A DNA stretch of 64,000 bases from contig OZ220741.1 of the NCBI GenBank assembly GCA_965116885.1, positions 2,496,001 through 2,560,000 of the forward strand, written 5' to 3'. A program made the translations under genes and the position numbers. Source of the stretch: Candidatus Latescibacterota bacterium. GTDB lineage: Bacteria; Latescibacterota; UBA2968. Within the stretch, counting starts at the first letter, position 1; each line of letters begins with the position of its first letter. Shown here one piece after another: positions 31,705-42,713 of this stretch. The notes under the pieces are model-generated. The model made no database searches and was not told where the DNA came from. It was given only the letters and a program-made list of their open reading frames with translations.

Positions 31705-32514
31705 TTATAGTTTTTCTTCAAACTCGTTTTTTATGCGAATTTTGTCGGCTGCATTTCCAAAGCCCAGGCTGAACCATCCGTCATAGCCCATGGCATTTAA
31801 GCGTTTGAAAAGCGCGTCAAAGTCGATTGTTCCTTCCCCTGGTACCAGGTGTATTTCATAATCGCCATTGTTATCATTGATGCGTACCTGGCCGATGTTA
31901 TCTACGCCAAAGGTATCGAGAAATCCACCCCAGCCCTCGGGTACGAGATGTCCGTGCGCGACGTTAAAAGCCCACTTGAAGTGATCGGATTGAATGGCGT
32001 CAAAAAACCATTGCGTCTCCTCGACATTGTGCGGCAAGTAGTGAATTTCGGCGTGTTCGGGTTCCAGGTTGTGGTTTTCAAAATAGATCGCTACGTCGGT
32101 TTTTTCCGCTCGATGTACCAGGCGTTTCATGCGTTCCATGACAGCATCCCGGCGCAAGGCTATATCGCCAAAGTGATAGCCCCCATGGCCGACGATCCAG
32201 CCGCATCCCAACTGAACTGCCAGATCAAAATTGGCGTTTACATAGACATCGACTGCTTCGGATAAAATTGGGACATATTCGGCATTGTTAATGGCGGATG
32301 AGGGGTGTACGCCGATTTGCACTGCGTGCTTTTCGCACAGGTCTCGAATGTGTTTTACGCGCGCATTGTCAAAAGAGGCGAGATTATTTGGGGGCATGTC
32401 GGCTTGAAAGTCGATATAGCGAAATCCATTTTCTGCGCCCCATACAATACCCTCTTCAAGGGGTGTGGTTCTGTCCATGTTGTATCCAAATCGTCCGCTC
32501 ACTCTTGCCTCCAT
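31705..32514 (-). CDS. Xylose isomerase-like TIM barrel protein
   Basis: FENH and NDNNGDYEIHLVPGEGTIDF motifs. Confidence 0.8.
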   Translation of the reverse strand: MEARVSGRFGYNMDRTTPLEEGIVWGAENGFRYIDFQADMPPNNLASFDNARVKHIRDLCEKHAVQIGVHPSSAINNAEYVPILSEAVDVYVNANFDLAVQLGCGWIVGHGGYHFGDIALRRDAVMERMKRLVHRAEKTDVAIYFENHNLEPEHAEIHYLPHNVEETQWFFDAIQSDHFKWAFNVAHGHLVPEGWGGFLDTFGVDNIGQVRINDNNGDYEIHLVPGEGTIDFDALFKRLNAMGYDGWFSLGFGNAADKIRIKNEFEEKL

Positions 32515-32532
32515 AAAGATGTAAAAAAATCA

Positions 32533-33732
32533 TTACTCAGTCAGTGCCTGGTACACGAGTGTCTTAAATTCAGCGCGAATGCGATAGTAATTTGCGGGCA
32601 TAAATTGCGTGAGCAATAGCCCGACGAGTTCTTCTTCATAATCGATCCAGAACGCAGTTGTTGCCGCACCACCCCAGCGAAATGTTCCCACACTGCCGGG
32701 ACCGCCAGCGGCTGCATCGAGCAAAATTGCGCCTCCCAATCCAAAACCTTCACCCGATAGATTTGCCAGTCCGAGAGAGATGGGCATCAATTCGTCGGGC
32801 AAGTGGTTCATTGTCATTAGTTCGACGGTTTTGCGTCCCAGAAGGCGCACGCCTTGAAACGCGCCCCCATTGAGCATCATGTGGCAGAAGCGGATGTAAT
32901 CAGAGGCTGTGGAGACCAATCCGCCGCCGCCGGAATAGAATTTTTGTGGACTGGAAAATTTGCTGGTTGCCGGGTCGTCAATTACGCGAATCCCACCTTC
33001 TTGTGTCGGGCCGTAATTTGTTGCAAACCGATGTCCCTGGCCCTCGCGCACCCAAAATTCCGTGTCTTCCATGCCCAGGGGATCTAAAATTCGCTCTCTG
33101 AAAAACGCATTGAGAGGCATGCCGGAGATAACTTCGACAAGATGACCGAGTACATCGGTCGATACGCTGTAGCGCCAGGCTGTACCCGGTTGATTCGCCA
33201 GGGGTAGCGTTGCCAGTGTTTGCACCATTTCTTTTGTGGAATGGTCTGGCCGATTAATTTTTGCCTGGTTGTACATTTGTTCGACGGGCGAGTTGCCCAA
33301 AAAGCCATAGGTCATCCCCGATGTGTGGGTCATTAAATGGCGAATCGTGATTTCTCGCTCCAGGTCTTCTGGTGGAACGTCTGTACCGGCGAAGACTTGT
33401 ACATTTTTTAATTCTGGAATAAAATCCGATACGGGGTCATCCAGTTGAAAAAGTCCCTCTTCAAAGAGCATCATGGCCGCGACAGTTGTGATCGGTTTGG
33501 TCATTGAATAAATTCGATAAATCGTATCGCGCGTTGTGGGTACTGTTGTGTCTTGCGTTCCAAAGCAAGAAAAATGCGCGATTTTGCTCTGCCGACAAAC
33601 CATCGTTATGATGCTGACGAGTTTGCCTTCGTCGATATAGCGTTGCATCACGCGGTTGATGCGGTGCAAGCGCGTAGCCGATAGTCCCACATCTTCTGGT
33701 GCAACGGTGGGAAGCCCTGGATCACTGTTCAA
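32533..33732 (-). CDS. Serine hydrolase, beta-lactamase family
   Basis: SMTK (SxxK), LMTHTSG, YSV and WGGAA motifs; TTG start after AGGAG. Confidence 0.9.
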   Translation of the reverse strand: MNSDPGLPTVAPEDVGLSATRLHRINRVMQRYIDEGKLVSIITMVCRQSKIAHFSCFGTQDTTVPTTRDTIYRIYSMTKPITTVAAMMLFEEGLFQLDDPVSDFIPELKNVQVFAGTDVPPEDLEREITIRHLMTHTSGMTYGFLGNSPVEQMYNQAKINRPDHSTKEMVQTLATLPLANQPGTAWRYSVSTDVLGHLVEVISGMPLNAFFRERILDPLGMEDTEFWVREGQGHRFATNYGPTQEGGIRVIDDPATSKFSSPQKFYSGGGGLVSTASDYIRFCHMMLNGGAFQGVRLLGRKTVELMTMNHLPDELMPISLGLANLSGEGFGLGGAILLDAAAGGPGSVGTFRWGGAATTAFWIDYEEELVGLLLTQFMPANYYRIRAEFKTLVYQALTE

Positions 33733-33764
33733 AATTCGCTCCTTTTGATTAAAGTATGTTTCTC

Positions 33765-34925
33765 TCAATTCGCTGTCCCGTTCAGTCCGGCCACCAGATC
33801 TGACGGTATAGATGCCACGTGAATCTGGGGCTGTCCGCTCAGGTCGGATGTGAATACCAGCCACCGCATATCCGGAGAGGCGTAGGCGTGCGGATGCGCT
33901 TTTTTGACGAGGATTGAGGTGCGGGCATCGCATACGACCGCATTTTTTCCCGTCTGAATGGATCCCAGTATGAGCTTGCCGGACCCCTGCCAGTCATCGG
34001 CAAAAAAGTACTGGCCACACGGAGATGTCCCCAGGTGATTAAACCGGTACCCGCGCGAGACGCTCCGGGGCGGTGCCCCGGCTTTTACGCCCAGGAGGTT
34101 GCCCTTTTCGGGTGTGTAATCGCCTTCTGCAAAATACCATTCTTCGGGGCTGTGTAGCCCACGGGCGTTTGGGGCACGGACTGTGAGCAAGATCTCGTTC
34201 GTTCCCGCAATCCAGGCCTCGTGTCCCACGATGCTGGGCGTATAAGGTTCCCCTACCTGCAACCGCGTCACCTTTCCGCTCGGGATATCCAGGAGAAATT
34301 CCGTGGCACCCTGCTCTCCGAAAATTACCGCCCTGGTACCGTCGGGTAGCACCTCGCATCCCCGGTTGTGCTGTACCATAATTTGCTTGCCCCAGGTGGG
34401 CTCGAACTGGGTGTGGGGGTTGCAAATATCCGGATCGGTGTGGATGAGATCCCGCGTGCCGGTTTTCAAATCCAGCAGTTCGATCCCGAACATCTGGGGT
34501 TCCAGGCTGAGGGTGACGCCATAGGCATAGTAGCGCTCGTCGGGAGACACCGTGTCCATCCCCCGGTGCTGAAAATCTTCGGGAAATTCGAAAATTACCT
34601 CCCATTTGCCCGTGGCGAGATCCACCCGCCGCAGTTCCAGGCATTTTCCCTCCCGAACATGGCGGTAGTAAAAGATCCCGGTATGGCTCATCCCCGGTGC
34701 CCGCAGTCCCTGCCCCACAACCTCACGCTTCCAGGTCCCGAATTCGCAGGTCACATATTCGGTATGGTTCGGGCCGGGTTTCGGGTTTTGTTGTTCGTAC
34801 ACAAAAACCCGGGAATCCGCCGAACAGTAGGGTTGTTCGCAGTAAATATTGGATTTTTCGAGTGGGTCGTCGGTGATCTGATAGACGACAGCGCCGCTTG
34901 CATCTTCCTCAAGTATTCTGGCCAT
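33765..34925 (-). CDS. Oligogalacturonate lyase-like beta-propeller protein
   Basis: NIYCEQP, HTQFEPT, GHEAW and HPHAYASPDMRWLVFTSD motifs. Confidence 0.65.
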   Translation of the reverse strand: MARILEEDASGAVVYQITDDPLEKSNIYCEQPYCSADSRVFVYEQQNPKPGPNHTEYVTCEFGTWKREVVGQGLRAPGMSHTGIFYYRHVREGKCLELRRVDLATGKWEVIFEFPEDFQHRGMDTVSPDERYYAYGVTLSLEPQMFGIELLDLKTGTRDLIHTDPDICNPHTQFEPTWGKQIMVQHNRGCEVLPDGTRAVIFGEQGATEFLLDIPSGKVTRLQVGEPYTPSIVGHEAWIAGTNEILLTVRAPNARGLHSPEEWYFAEGDYTPEKGNLLGVKAGAPPRSVSRGYRFNHLGTSPCGQYFFADDWQGSGKLILGSIQTGKNAVVCDARTSILVKKAHPHAYASPDMRWLVFTSDLSGQPQIHVASIPSDLVAGLNGTAN

Positions 34926-34975
34926 CGCTGGTCTCCTTTTTTATTGTCCTCCTGGTTCCGGTGGCCAATGTCCTG

Positions 34976-36127
34976 TTATGGTTCAATCAGATTGTCGTTA
35001 ATATAGTCCCAGTTGAAATCAAATCCCAGACCTGGTAGCTGAGGGAGGATGACATTGCCGTCATCATCCAGGGGATCTACAATGGAATTCAAATAGGGCG
35101 GTGGGGTTTCGTAGTCGAAGTCGGGACGCAAGAGGCCGCGTTCATAGTATTCACAGGTTGCTTCTGTTGTTGCGCCCAGGATTTGACAGTTTGCCCATCC
35201 GCCATAGTGCATTTCACACTGAATGCCGAAGGCCTGTGCCACATTCACCATTTTATAGCATCCCGTGATGCCGCCATAGTTTTGGTCAATGCGCAGCATG
35301 TCAGATGCCCCCTGGAGCACCCATTCGGCACGTGTGAAGACGCCGCCGGGAATGTGTTCTGGCGAGAGTATGGCGATGTCCAGTTCGCGGGTCAATCGTC
35401 GGTATGCTTCTGTTCGCGTTTCTACCATGGGGTGTTCGAGCCAGTAATAGTTCAGTTTTTCCAGTTCGCGGCCGACCCACAGAGATTGCTCCAGGGTATA
35501 TACGCCGAAGGGATCGAGCATCAAGACCATGTCGTCGCCGACCGCTTCGCGCACGGCTTTACATACTTCTATGTCTTCTTTGGGAAATCCGGGAACTTGA
35601 GGCGCAGGTTCCCAGGTGTGAGGATTCCAGCAGATGTACGCGTGAACTTTGTAGGCTTTGTATCCCTGTTTTTTGCATTCGAGCGCATGTTCGGCATAAT
35701 CTTCTGGTTTGCCGATGTTGGGATAGGTGCTGGCATAAGCTTTTACTTTGTCGCGGGCACCGCCGAGAATTTTGTGTACGGGCAGGTCAACCATTCTGCC
35801 GAACAGGTCCCAAAGGGCGCAATCGACTGCACCCATAACATGCTCGGGCAATGAATGACCGAAGGTGACCAACTGGTCCATCCAGTTCCAGATGGTTTCA
35901 CGCGCAAGAGGATCCTCGCCGATTAACATGCGCTTGATCGGACCTTCGAGATATCGCCGATCGCCGCCAACCATATATCCTTCAAGCCCTTCATCAGTTA
36001 CAATTTTGAAGATTGAGCTTGCCGACTCTTTTTGTTCTTCTCCCCAGACGCCGTAACCCCACTTACTCGGTCGAGACCTGCCGCCTGGCGTGCGGAATGT
36101 AATCACTTCGATGTCTGTAATTTTCAT
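34976..36127 (-). CDS. Mandelate racemase/enolase superfamily protein
   Basis: MKITDIEV, DCALWDLFGR and WLEHPM motifs. Confidence 0.88.
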   Translation of the reverse strand: MKITDIEVITFRTPGGRSRPSKWGYGVWGEEQKESASSIFKIVTDEGLEGYMVGGDRRYLEGPIKRMLIGEDPLARETIWNWMDQLVTFGHSLPEHVMGAVDCALWDLFGRMVDLPVHKILGGARDKVKAYASTYPNIGKPEDYAEHALECKKQGYKAYKVHAYICWNPHTWEPAPQVPGFPKEDIEVCKAVREAVGDDMVLMLDPFGVYTLEQSLWVGRELEKLNYYWLEHPMVETRTEAYRRLTRELDIAILSPEHIPGGVFTRAEWVLQGASDMLRIDQNYGGITGCYKMVNVAQAFGIQCEMHYGGWANCQILGATTEATCEYYERGLLRPDFDYETPPPYLNSIVDPLDDDGNVILPQLPGLGFDFNWDYINDNLIEP

Positions 36128-36262
36128 GGGGACCTCAATTCAAAAGACGAAAAGGAATACAGATTACTCGCGATGTTTCAAATTAGCTTCTTATACTCAA
36201 AAATCAAGAATAATAGATTGACATTTGTTCATGGGTTTTAGATTGCCTTCTTTTTTTGCATT

Positions 36263-36297
36263 AAAAAAGGCTTACAAGAATTTTTGTAAGCCTTTTT
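36263..36297 (-). terminator. Intrinsic terminator after tRNA-Val
   Basis: AAAAAGGCTTACAA/TTGTAAGCCTTTTT inverted repeat. Confidence 0.85.
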
Positions 36298-36304
36298 GTG
36301 TTTA

Positions 36305-36381
36305 TGGTGGGCGATACTGGATTCGAACCAGTGACCTCCTGCTTGTAAGGCAGGCGCTCTAACCAGCTGAGCTAACCGCCC
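36305..36381 (-). tRNA. tRNA-Val(TAC)
   Basis: GGGCGGTTAGCTCAGCTGG…CCTTACAAG…GGTTCGAATCC…CGCCCACCA cloverleaf with encoded CCA. Confidence 0.97.
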
Positions 36382-36395
36382 GGATAATGTTAAAC

Positions 36396-36650
36396 CTATC
36401 CCACATCAGTTGATGGCTCCTCTTCTTTCTGCCTGCTGAGCAGGGCTATTGGGATGAATACGCAGTAACCGAGCACGAGCAGCAGCGGGGCAAGCGTGAG
36501 GGACATAAAACCATCGACTGGCGGTAGGGAGAGAAAAATATAGCCCAGTGCAATGGCGACAAGTCCAAGCCCAAAAAGCCACATATTCCGTTCTGAATAG
36601 GGCAGCTTTGGCCGGGATTTGGGACGTTGTCGCGCTCGGCGAGGAGGCAT
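36396..36650 (-). CDS. Small 2-TM membrane protein (DUF3098-like)
   Basis: LGYIFLS…SLTLAPLLLVLGY…PIALL pattern. Confidence 0.65.
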   Translation of the reverse strand: MPPRRARQRPKSRPKLPYSERNMWLFGLGLVAIALGYIFLSLPPVDGFMSLTLAPLLLVLGYCVFIPIALLSRQKEEEPSTDVG

Positions 36651-36660
36651 AATAGAATTC

Positions 36661-37008
36661 CTATCGACGTTCTGTAATGCGGGCAGCACGACCGCGCCGA
36701 TCGCGTAGATAATAAATTTTTGATCGACGCACTTTACCGCGACGCAGTACGTCTATTTTAGCTATGCGAGGCGTGTGCAGTGGAAAGATGCGCTCTACCC
36801 CAACGCCCGCCGTGCTAATTTTGCGAACCGTAAATGTCGCGTGAATGCCCGGTCCTCGGCGCTGGATGACCACACCCTCAAAAAGCTGGATGCGTTCTTT
36901 TTGTCCTTCTACCACGCGGACATGCACGCGCACGGTATCGCCGGCTTCAAACTCGGGCACATCATCGCGCAGTTGTGCTTTGGAAACAGATTTCAAAATG
37001 GCATCCAT
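36661..37008 (-). CDS. rplS: 50S ribosomal protein L19
   Basis: [23 protein letters not shown] and GVGVERIFP motifs. Confidence 0.98.
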   Translation of the reverse strand: MDAILKSVSKAQLRDDVPEFEAGDTVRVHVRVVEGQKERIQLFEGVVIQRRGPGIHATFTVRKISTAGVGVERIFPLHTPRIAKIDVLRRGKVRRSKIYYLRDRRGRAARITERR

Positions 37009-37052
37009 GATGTACATACTCCTGAAAAAAATGAAAGTTCAAACAAAGTTGG

Positions 37053-37718
37053 TTATTCCAACAAATCGGGGCGTCGCTCAAGTGTGCGTTTTCGAGCGTT
37101 GTCCCGCCGCCATTGGGCGACTTTTTTGTGATCTCCGCTGAGCAATGCCTCTGGCACGGTCAGGCCTTCAAATTCACGAGGTCGCGTGTACCACGCACAA
37201 TCCAACAGACTATTTTGAAACGAGTCTTCAAGTGCCGACTCGGCATTGCCAATGGCACCCGGAATCAACCGGATCAACGCATCGATCAAAATGAGGGCGG
37301 GCAATTCACCACCGCTGAGGACGTAATCGCCGATTGAAATTTCATCATCGACATAGTTTTTGCGAACGCGCTCATCAATGCCGCGATAGTGACCGCACAA
37401 CAATACGAGATGGTCCGACAAAGACAATTCATTAGCGACAGATTGCGTAAATAGCCGCCCTTGAGGTGTGAGAAAAATCACGCGACCACCTGTGGGGAGT
37501 GCTTCTATCGCGCGTGCAATGGGTTCGGGTTTGAAGATCATTCCCGCGCCACCGCCATAAGGCGTGTCGTCGATTGTTTTGTGCTTGTCGTTTGCGTGGT
37601 CTCGAAGGTCGTGCGCCAAAACGTCGATCAATCCCGCATCAATGGCGCGTCGCGGGATACTGTACTTTAGTACATCCCGAATCAGATCGGGAAAAATTGT
37701 GATCACGTCTATTCGCAT
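37053..37718 (-). CDS. trmD: tRNA (guanine37-N1)-methyltransferase
   Basis: DDTPYGGGAGM and SIGDYVLSGGE motifs. Confidence 0.97.
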   Translation of the reverse strand: MRIDVITIFPDLIRDVLKYSIPRRAIDAGLIDVLAHDLRDHANDKHKTIDDTPYGGGAGMIFKPEPIARAIEALPTGGRVIFLTPQGRLFTQSVANELSLSDHLVLLCGHYRGIDERVRKNYVDDEISIGDYVLSGGELPALILIDALIRLIPGAIGNAESALEDSFQNSLLDCAWYTRPREFEGLTVPEALLSGDHKKVAQWRRDNARKRTLERRPDLLE

Positions 37719-37732
37719 CACAGATGGTCGTC

Positions 37733-38266
37733 CTACAAAAGTCCTTCGATTTCCTGAACGACAATTTTGCCGGCTTTTTGATCCACGCGGACAATCTCGC
37801 GTACGGCTGGGATCAATACGTCTTCGCCGTTGCGATCCACCACATACACATCGTTGGCCGGATACGACAAGACTTCTACGACATGTCCCACCATGGTGCC
37901 AGATGCTGTTTCAACTGGCAATCCCTCGATTTCAAAAACGTAAAACGAATTGTCGGGCAAGGGATGCACGGCATCGCGAGCTACTAAAATGAAGTGCTCG
38001 CGCAATCGCCCCACATGTTCAGGGGTATCAATGTCTTGAAATTTGATCGCCAGGCGAGAACCATAAGCGCGTACATAAGCCACATTCAATACAGAATATG
38101 TGCCATCGGGTGCTTCGACGCGCACAGAGTCCAAATCGTCAAATCGCTGCGGAAAGTCGGTCAGCGGTAGCAAAAAAGCTTCACCCCGAATGCCTCGGGG
38201 TTTCATAATTTTGCCAACCGTGATAAAGTCTGTGCTGGAGTGGTTTAATTCAGTATCCGGCTCCAA
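37733..38266 (-). CDS. rimM: 16S rRNA processing protein RimM
   Basis: GKIMKPRGIRGE and ANDVYVV…LIP motifs; conserved operon position. Confidence 0.95.
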   Translation of the reverse strand: MEPDTELNHSSTDFITVGKIMKPRGIRGEAFLLPLTDFPQRFDDLDSVRVEAPDGTYSVLNVAYVRAYGSRLAIKFQDIDTPEHVGRLREHFILVARDAVHPLPDNSFYVFEIEGLPVETASGTMVGHVVEVLSYPANDVYVVDRNGEDVLIPAVREIVRVDQKAGKIVVQEIEGLL

Positions 38267-38269
38267 GAC

Positions 38270-38572
38270 TTATTCCTCAGATGGCGCGTCTGACTCAGCA
38301 TCCTCAGGTTGTGCGTCTTCATCGCGATTTTGTTTGAGCAGACCCTTTTGGCGAAATAAACTACGCACTGTATCGGAGGGCTGTGCGCCCACGCCCAACC
38401 AATACCTTATGCGGTCTTCTTTCAATTCGATAATCTGGGGATCTTTTGTCGGATTATAATGCCCCAAAATCTCGATGAATCGACCGTCGCGAGGTGAGGC
38501 GGAATCAGTCGCTACCACGCGGTAGAACGGCGCTTTTTTTGCGCCCATACGACGTAAGCGAAGTCGAACCAA
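38270..38572 (-). CDS. rpsP: 30S ribosomal protein S16
   Basis: [19 protein letters not shown]…RDGRFIE. Confidence 0.98.
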   Translation of the reverse strand: MVRLRLRRMGAKKAPFYRVVATDSASPRDGRFIEILGHYNPTKDPQIIELKEDRIRYWLGVGAQPSDTVRSLFRQKGLLKQNRDEDAQPEDAESDAPSEE

Positions 38573-38588
38573 ATCAAACTCCTTTGTG

Positions 38589-39914
38589 TTATCCGAACAT
38601 CGGGATTGCCATTTTGCCCTGTTTTTCCATACGGGACATGCGTTTCATCATTTTTTGCATCATGTTGAATTGCTTGAGCAATTTGTTGACATCTTGAATA
38701 CTGCGTCCGCTGCCATTTGCTATGCGTTTGCGCCTGCTGCCATTAATAATATGCGGTTTGTCGCGTTCTGCTGGTGTCATCGAATAGATGATTGCCTCAA
38801 TATGCGAGAAGGTCTTTTCATCTACCTGCAAATCCGGCATGGACTTGCTTACTCCGGGAATCATTTTCATCAATTGATCTAAGGGCCCCATTTGCCTGAT
38901 TTGCGCCATTTGCTCGAGAAAATCGTCAAATGTGAAGGATGCCGAGCGGAGTTTTTGCTCGACTTTTCTGGCCTGTTCATCGTCAATGGACGCCTGTGCT
39001 TTTTCCACCAGTGTAACCACATCGCCCATGCCCAAAATGCGGGAGGCCATGCGGTCGGGATGAAATACTTCCAGACCATCGATTTTCTCGCTGACGCCGA
39101 TGTATTTAATCGGAACGCCCGCAACCTCGCGGATGGATAAAGCCGCACCGCCGCGGGTATCGCTGTCCATGCGCGTGAGTATCACACCCGAAAAATTGAG
39201 TTTTTCGTAAAAGGCCGAGGCTGACGATACGGCATCTTGCCCGGTCATGGCGTCGCACACGAACAGAATTTCTGAGGGCGATACGGCCTCGCGGATGCGA
39301 AATACCTCATCCATGCGCTCGTCATCAACGTGTAGCCGGCCCGCCGTGTCGAGAATTACCACATCGAAATTTTCATTTTTCGCCCGATCCATCGCTTGCG
39401 TGCAAATATCGACCGGATCGGTACCTTCTGGCGCCCGATGCACGGGTGCGCCTACTTGCTCGCCGAGTACGCAAAGTTGATCAATTGCTGCGGGACGATA
39501 AATATCAGCCGCCACGAGCAGGGATTTTTTGTTTTCCGATGCCAATAATCGGGCCAATTTTGCTGCGGCTGTCGTTTTTCCCGCTCCTTGAAGCCCGACC
39601 ATCATTATTGCTGAGGGCGGCGATTCTGCAAATTGCAACGCGGCATTTTGATTGCCCATCAACGCGATCAATTCGTCGTGGACAACTTTTACAACTTGCT
39701 GCCCGGGCGTGATGCTTTTGAGCACTTCACGCCCTATGGCGCGTTCTTTGACCCGCGCGATAAACGAGCGGGCGACCTTGTAGTTGACATCTGCCTCGAG
39801 CAATGCCCGGCGCACCTCTCGCATGGCGTCGTCGATGTTCGATTCGCTCAATCGACCGCGGCTGCGAAGTTGCTTAAAAACGCCATTGAGGCGCTCTGTC
39901 AACATTTCAAACAT
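38589..39914 (-). CDS. ffh: Signal recognition particle protein
   Basis: [21 protein letters not shown] and M domain. Confidence 0.98.
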   Translation of the reverse strand: MFEMLTERLNGVFKQLRSRGRLSESNIDDAMREVRRALLEADVNYKVARSFIARVKERAIGREVLKSITPGQQVVKVVHDELIALMGNQNAALQFAESPPSAIMMVGLQGAGKTTAAAKLARLLASENKKSLLVAADIYRPAAIDQLCVLGEQVGAPVHRAPEGTDPVDICTQAMDRAKNENFDVVILDTAGRLHVDDERMDEVFRIREAVSPSEILFVCDAMTGQDAVSSASAFYEKLNFSGVILTRMDSDTRGGAALSIREVAGVPIKYIGVSEKIDGLEVFHPDRMASRILGMGDVVTLVEKAQASIDDEQARKVEQKLRSASFTFDDFLEQMAQIRQMGPLDQLMKMIPGVSKSMPDLQVDEKTFSHIEAIIYSMTPAERDKPHIINGSRRKRIANGSGRSIQDVNKLLKQFNMMQKMMKRMSRMEKQGKMAIPMFG

Positions 39915-40009
39915 AAATAAACCTTAAAAAATAACTGGGCAAGACGGAAGAATATAGAAGATTCGTCGATTTTATGCAAGAAATAAGCTGACGAAAAAAC
40001 CCCTCCTGA

Positions 40010-40666
40010 CTATCCCATTGCCGCCTGGCGAATGGTCTGTATGTTTTTTGCAATAGCCCCGTCGCGAAATACTGCCGAACCCGCTACGAGCACTTGTACG
40101 CCGGCTTCGACTACCTGATGCGCGTTTTCCACGCCAATGCCGCCGTCAATTTCTATTTCTACATCCAATCCCCGCCGCGCAATTTCGGCTTTTAATGCCC
40201 GCACCCGGTCGAGAGACGCCGGCATAAACGACTGGCCACCAAAGCCCGGTTCGACCGACATAATGAGTGCGAGGTCCAGGCTGGGTAACAGTGGAAATAA
40301 CGCCTCGATCTCCGTGCCCGGGCGCAGGGTAGCACCGGCTTTCATATTGGCTTTTCGGATGCGGTCCAACAGTGTGGGTACATCTTCTTCGACTTCGACA
40401 TGAACGGTCAAAATATCTGTGCCGGCATCGGCAAAGTCTTTCAGATATTTACCGGGTTCAGAGATCATGAGATGCACGTCCAGCACCAGGTCTGTTGTTT
40501 TGCGAATGGCTTCAACGACCAGCGCTCCAAATGTGATATTGGGCACAAAATGTCCGTCCATAATATCCAGATGGATATATTCGGCACCGGCCTCTTCGAC
40601 CAGACGCACCTGATTTTCGAGTGTGCGGAAATCGGCAGAGAGAAATGATGGGGCGATTTTTACCAT
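40010..40666 (-). CDS. rpe: Ribulose-phosphate 3-epimerase
   Basis: HLDIMDGHFVPN, MSVEPGFGGQ and IDGG motifs. Confidence 0.97.
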   Translation of the reverse strand: MVKIAPSFLSADFRTLENQVRLVEEAGAEYIHLDIMDGHFVPNITFGALVVEAIRKTTDLVLDVHLMISEPGKYLKDFADAGTDILTVHVEVEEDVPTLLDRIRKANMKAGATLRPGTEIEALFPLLPSLDLALIMSVEPGFGGQSFMPASLDRVRALKAEIARRGLDVEIEIDGGIGVENAHQVVEAGVQVLVAGSAVFRDGAIAKNIQTIRQAAMG

Positions 40667-40688
40667 TTTAACCTCAAATAAGACTTTT

Positions 40689-41429
40689 TCACAGTTTGCT
40701 CACAATCAATAGGACAGGAGACCCGCGTTTTATTGGCGTGTCCGATTCTGGCGCCTGGCGGATTACGACGTCGGGTTCATAAGCGGTGCTAAATTCGTAT
40801 CGGATATTATTTGGCTGCAGACCGAGCGATAATAGCAAGCGCCGGGCTTCATCTAATTTTAGCTCGGTAACCCGGGGCATATTGACATAAGCGCGAGGTG
40901 GACCCGTGCTTACAATCAGTTCGACCTGCGTCCCCTGGGCGACTTTCTCGCCAGCTTTGGGTTTGTGATCGATAATATTGCCCTCTTTTATTTCTGAAGA
41001 TGATATTTCGGTGACTTTACCGACGGTCAAATCTGCCTGTGCAATCCACAACTGAGCCTGTCGCAAAGGACGGTTGAGAAGATCGGGTACGGCGTGGAGA
41101 CGCTGTCCCAAACTCGACGCGACATAGACCGTACGATTGGGTTTTACATGCGAGAGAGCAGACGGATTTTGCCACACAATTTGTCCTGCAGGCACAGAAG
41201 TATCCCAGCGAGGTTCTCGTTCTTTCATGCGCAGGCCCTTGTCTTGTAATCGCGCCTGTGCCTGTGAAGGAGTAAGCCCGATGAGATCGGGAACAGCGAC
41301 TTCTACGCCTTGCCGCACATAGATCGGCATTGCAATTTGATCGACCACAATCAATCCGACTATTGCCGTAAGTATGGCACACGTCCCAAAAAGAGCGATT
41401 TCGCGCAAAATTTTTAAACCCAAATTCAT
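40689..41429 (-). CDS. PASTA domain protein (3 PASTA repeats)
   Basis: TM segment followed by VPDLIG, VPDLLN and MPRV repeats. Confidence 0.88.
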   Translation of the reverse strand: MNLGLKILREIALFGTCAILTAIVGLIVVDQIAMPIYVRQGVEVAVPDLIGLTPSQAQARLQDKGLRMKEREPRWDTSVPAGQIVWQNPSALSHVKPNRTVYVASSLGQRLHAVPDLLNRPLRQAQLWIAQADLTVGKVTEISSSEIKEGNIIDHKPKAGEKVAQGTQVELIVSTGPPRAYVNMPRVTELKLDEARRLLLSLGLQPNNIRYEFSTAYEPDVVIRQAPESDTPIKRGSPVLLIVSKL

Positions 41430-41499
41430 TCAGGCCTCCAACTCCCAAAATAGCTGAAGGCCCAAATCCTGTCAAGCGCGGATGCTTTATAACGCGGGG

Positions 41500-42309
41500 T
41501 TAATGCTCATAGATTACTGAAGCGCGATGCGTGATTCCCAGTATTGTATGCCATACTGCAGCATAGTCAATCGCAAAGCCGCCTGTTCGCAGGCCAAAGC
41601 CCGCGCTCAATCGTTCCGGCTGGCCGCCTGCACCCGTGCGCAGTACCAGTTGGGGATGGATATGATATATTATCCCTATGCCCGCACCTGTGGGGAAATT
41701 CGCTTCTTTCTGTATATCCGCCACCAGCGCGACCTGTGGCATGATGGCAATACCCATTCCCACGGTACCACTCTGTCCCAAAAGCGATGTATGACTGCCA
41801 CCTGCATTCCATATTGCTGCGCCGAGAAAGACGCCTTCGCGTATCTGCAATTTTATTCCCGCGTCGAATACTACCCAGTGTTGTGTGGGCATTCCCGCTG
41901 TGCTCAGTTGCAAGGCGCGTATGCCGAACCCCAGGCCCAGTTGTTGAAATACGCGCAGTCCATAAATGAGACCCAATACCTGTTCTTTGTATAGCGCGAA
42001 TCCAAATCCCGTATATCTCAGGCCCAGGCCGTGACGTCCAGTCCGCAGGCCAGCACTGAACGCATGGGTTGCCAGTTCGGCTATTCCAAAGGGCCGGTCA
42101 TACGTGCCAAACAAGCTTATTCGCTTGCCCCAGGCCAATGCTGCGGGATTCCAAAAAGCACCTGCGGCACCGGTAGCCAGTGCCACGCCTGCATCGCCAG
42201 TAGCGGAGGTATGGGCTCCAATGGGTTGAAATTCAAAGGCTGTGTGAGCAGATGAAGGGAGGAGTGTGAAAAGTAAAACAAGGATAATCTGACGATATTT
42301 TGTTCGCAT
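41500..42309 (-). CDS. Outer-membrane beta-barrel protein (PorV/FadL-like)
   Basis: Signal peptide, GAFWNPAAL motif and alternating beta strands. Confidence 0.6.
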   Translation of the reverse strand: MRTKYRQIILVLLFTLLPSSAHTAFEFQPIGAHTSATGDAGVALATGAAGAFWNPAALAWGKRISLFGTYDRPFGIAELATHAFSAGLRTGRHGLGLRYTGFGFALYKEQVLGLIYGLRVFQQLGLGFGIRALQLSTAGMPTQHWVVFDAGIKLQIREGVFLGAAIWNAGGSHTSLLGQSGTVGMGIAIMPQVALVADIQKEANFPTGAGIGIIYHIHPQLVLRTGAGGQPERLSAGFGLRTGGFAIDYAAVWHTILGITHRASVIYEH

Positions 42310-42713
42310 AAGCGGACTGAGAAACAGTTGATCTGGCATGTGAGACCACGTATGAAATGGGTTAGAGGATGCGTGTTGTCGCAATTTATCTGCAAATACC
42401 CTGCCAGACTGATGATTTTACCCATTTTCTTTTTAACTCGTTGATATTACACGCCAAAATCTGTCTTATTGCCAGTCAGGGCGAGCGGGTACCTGTCGGC
42501 GGATATGCGACAGAGTATTTCAATCTGTCGCTTGTTATTAGACAAGCGATGCGCGTTCTTCGGGGAGTAAAACGCGATGTCATAAGGAAATTCTTTTGAG
42601 GTTGGGGCATGGGAAGGATAAACGGCGGTTCGCTTCGCGTTTGATTTTTTTTACAAAAAAGCTGATATTTTATCCGTCCGGTTTCTGCGAATCTTCACCT
42701 GGGAGAGAAGGTT

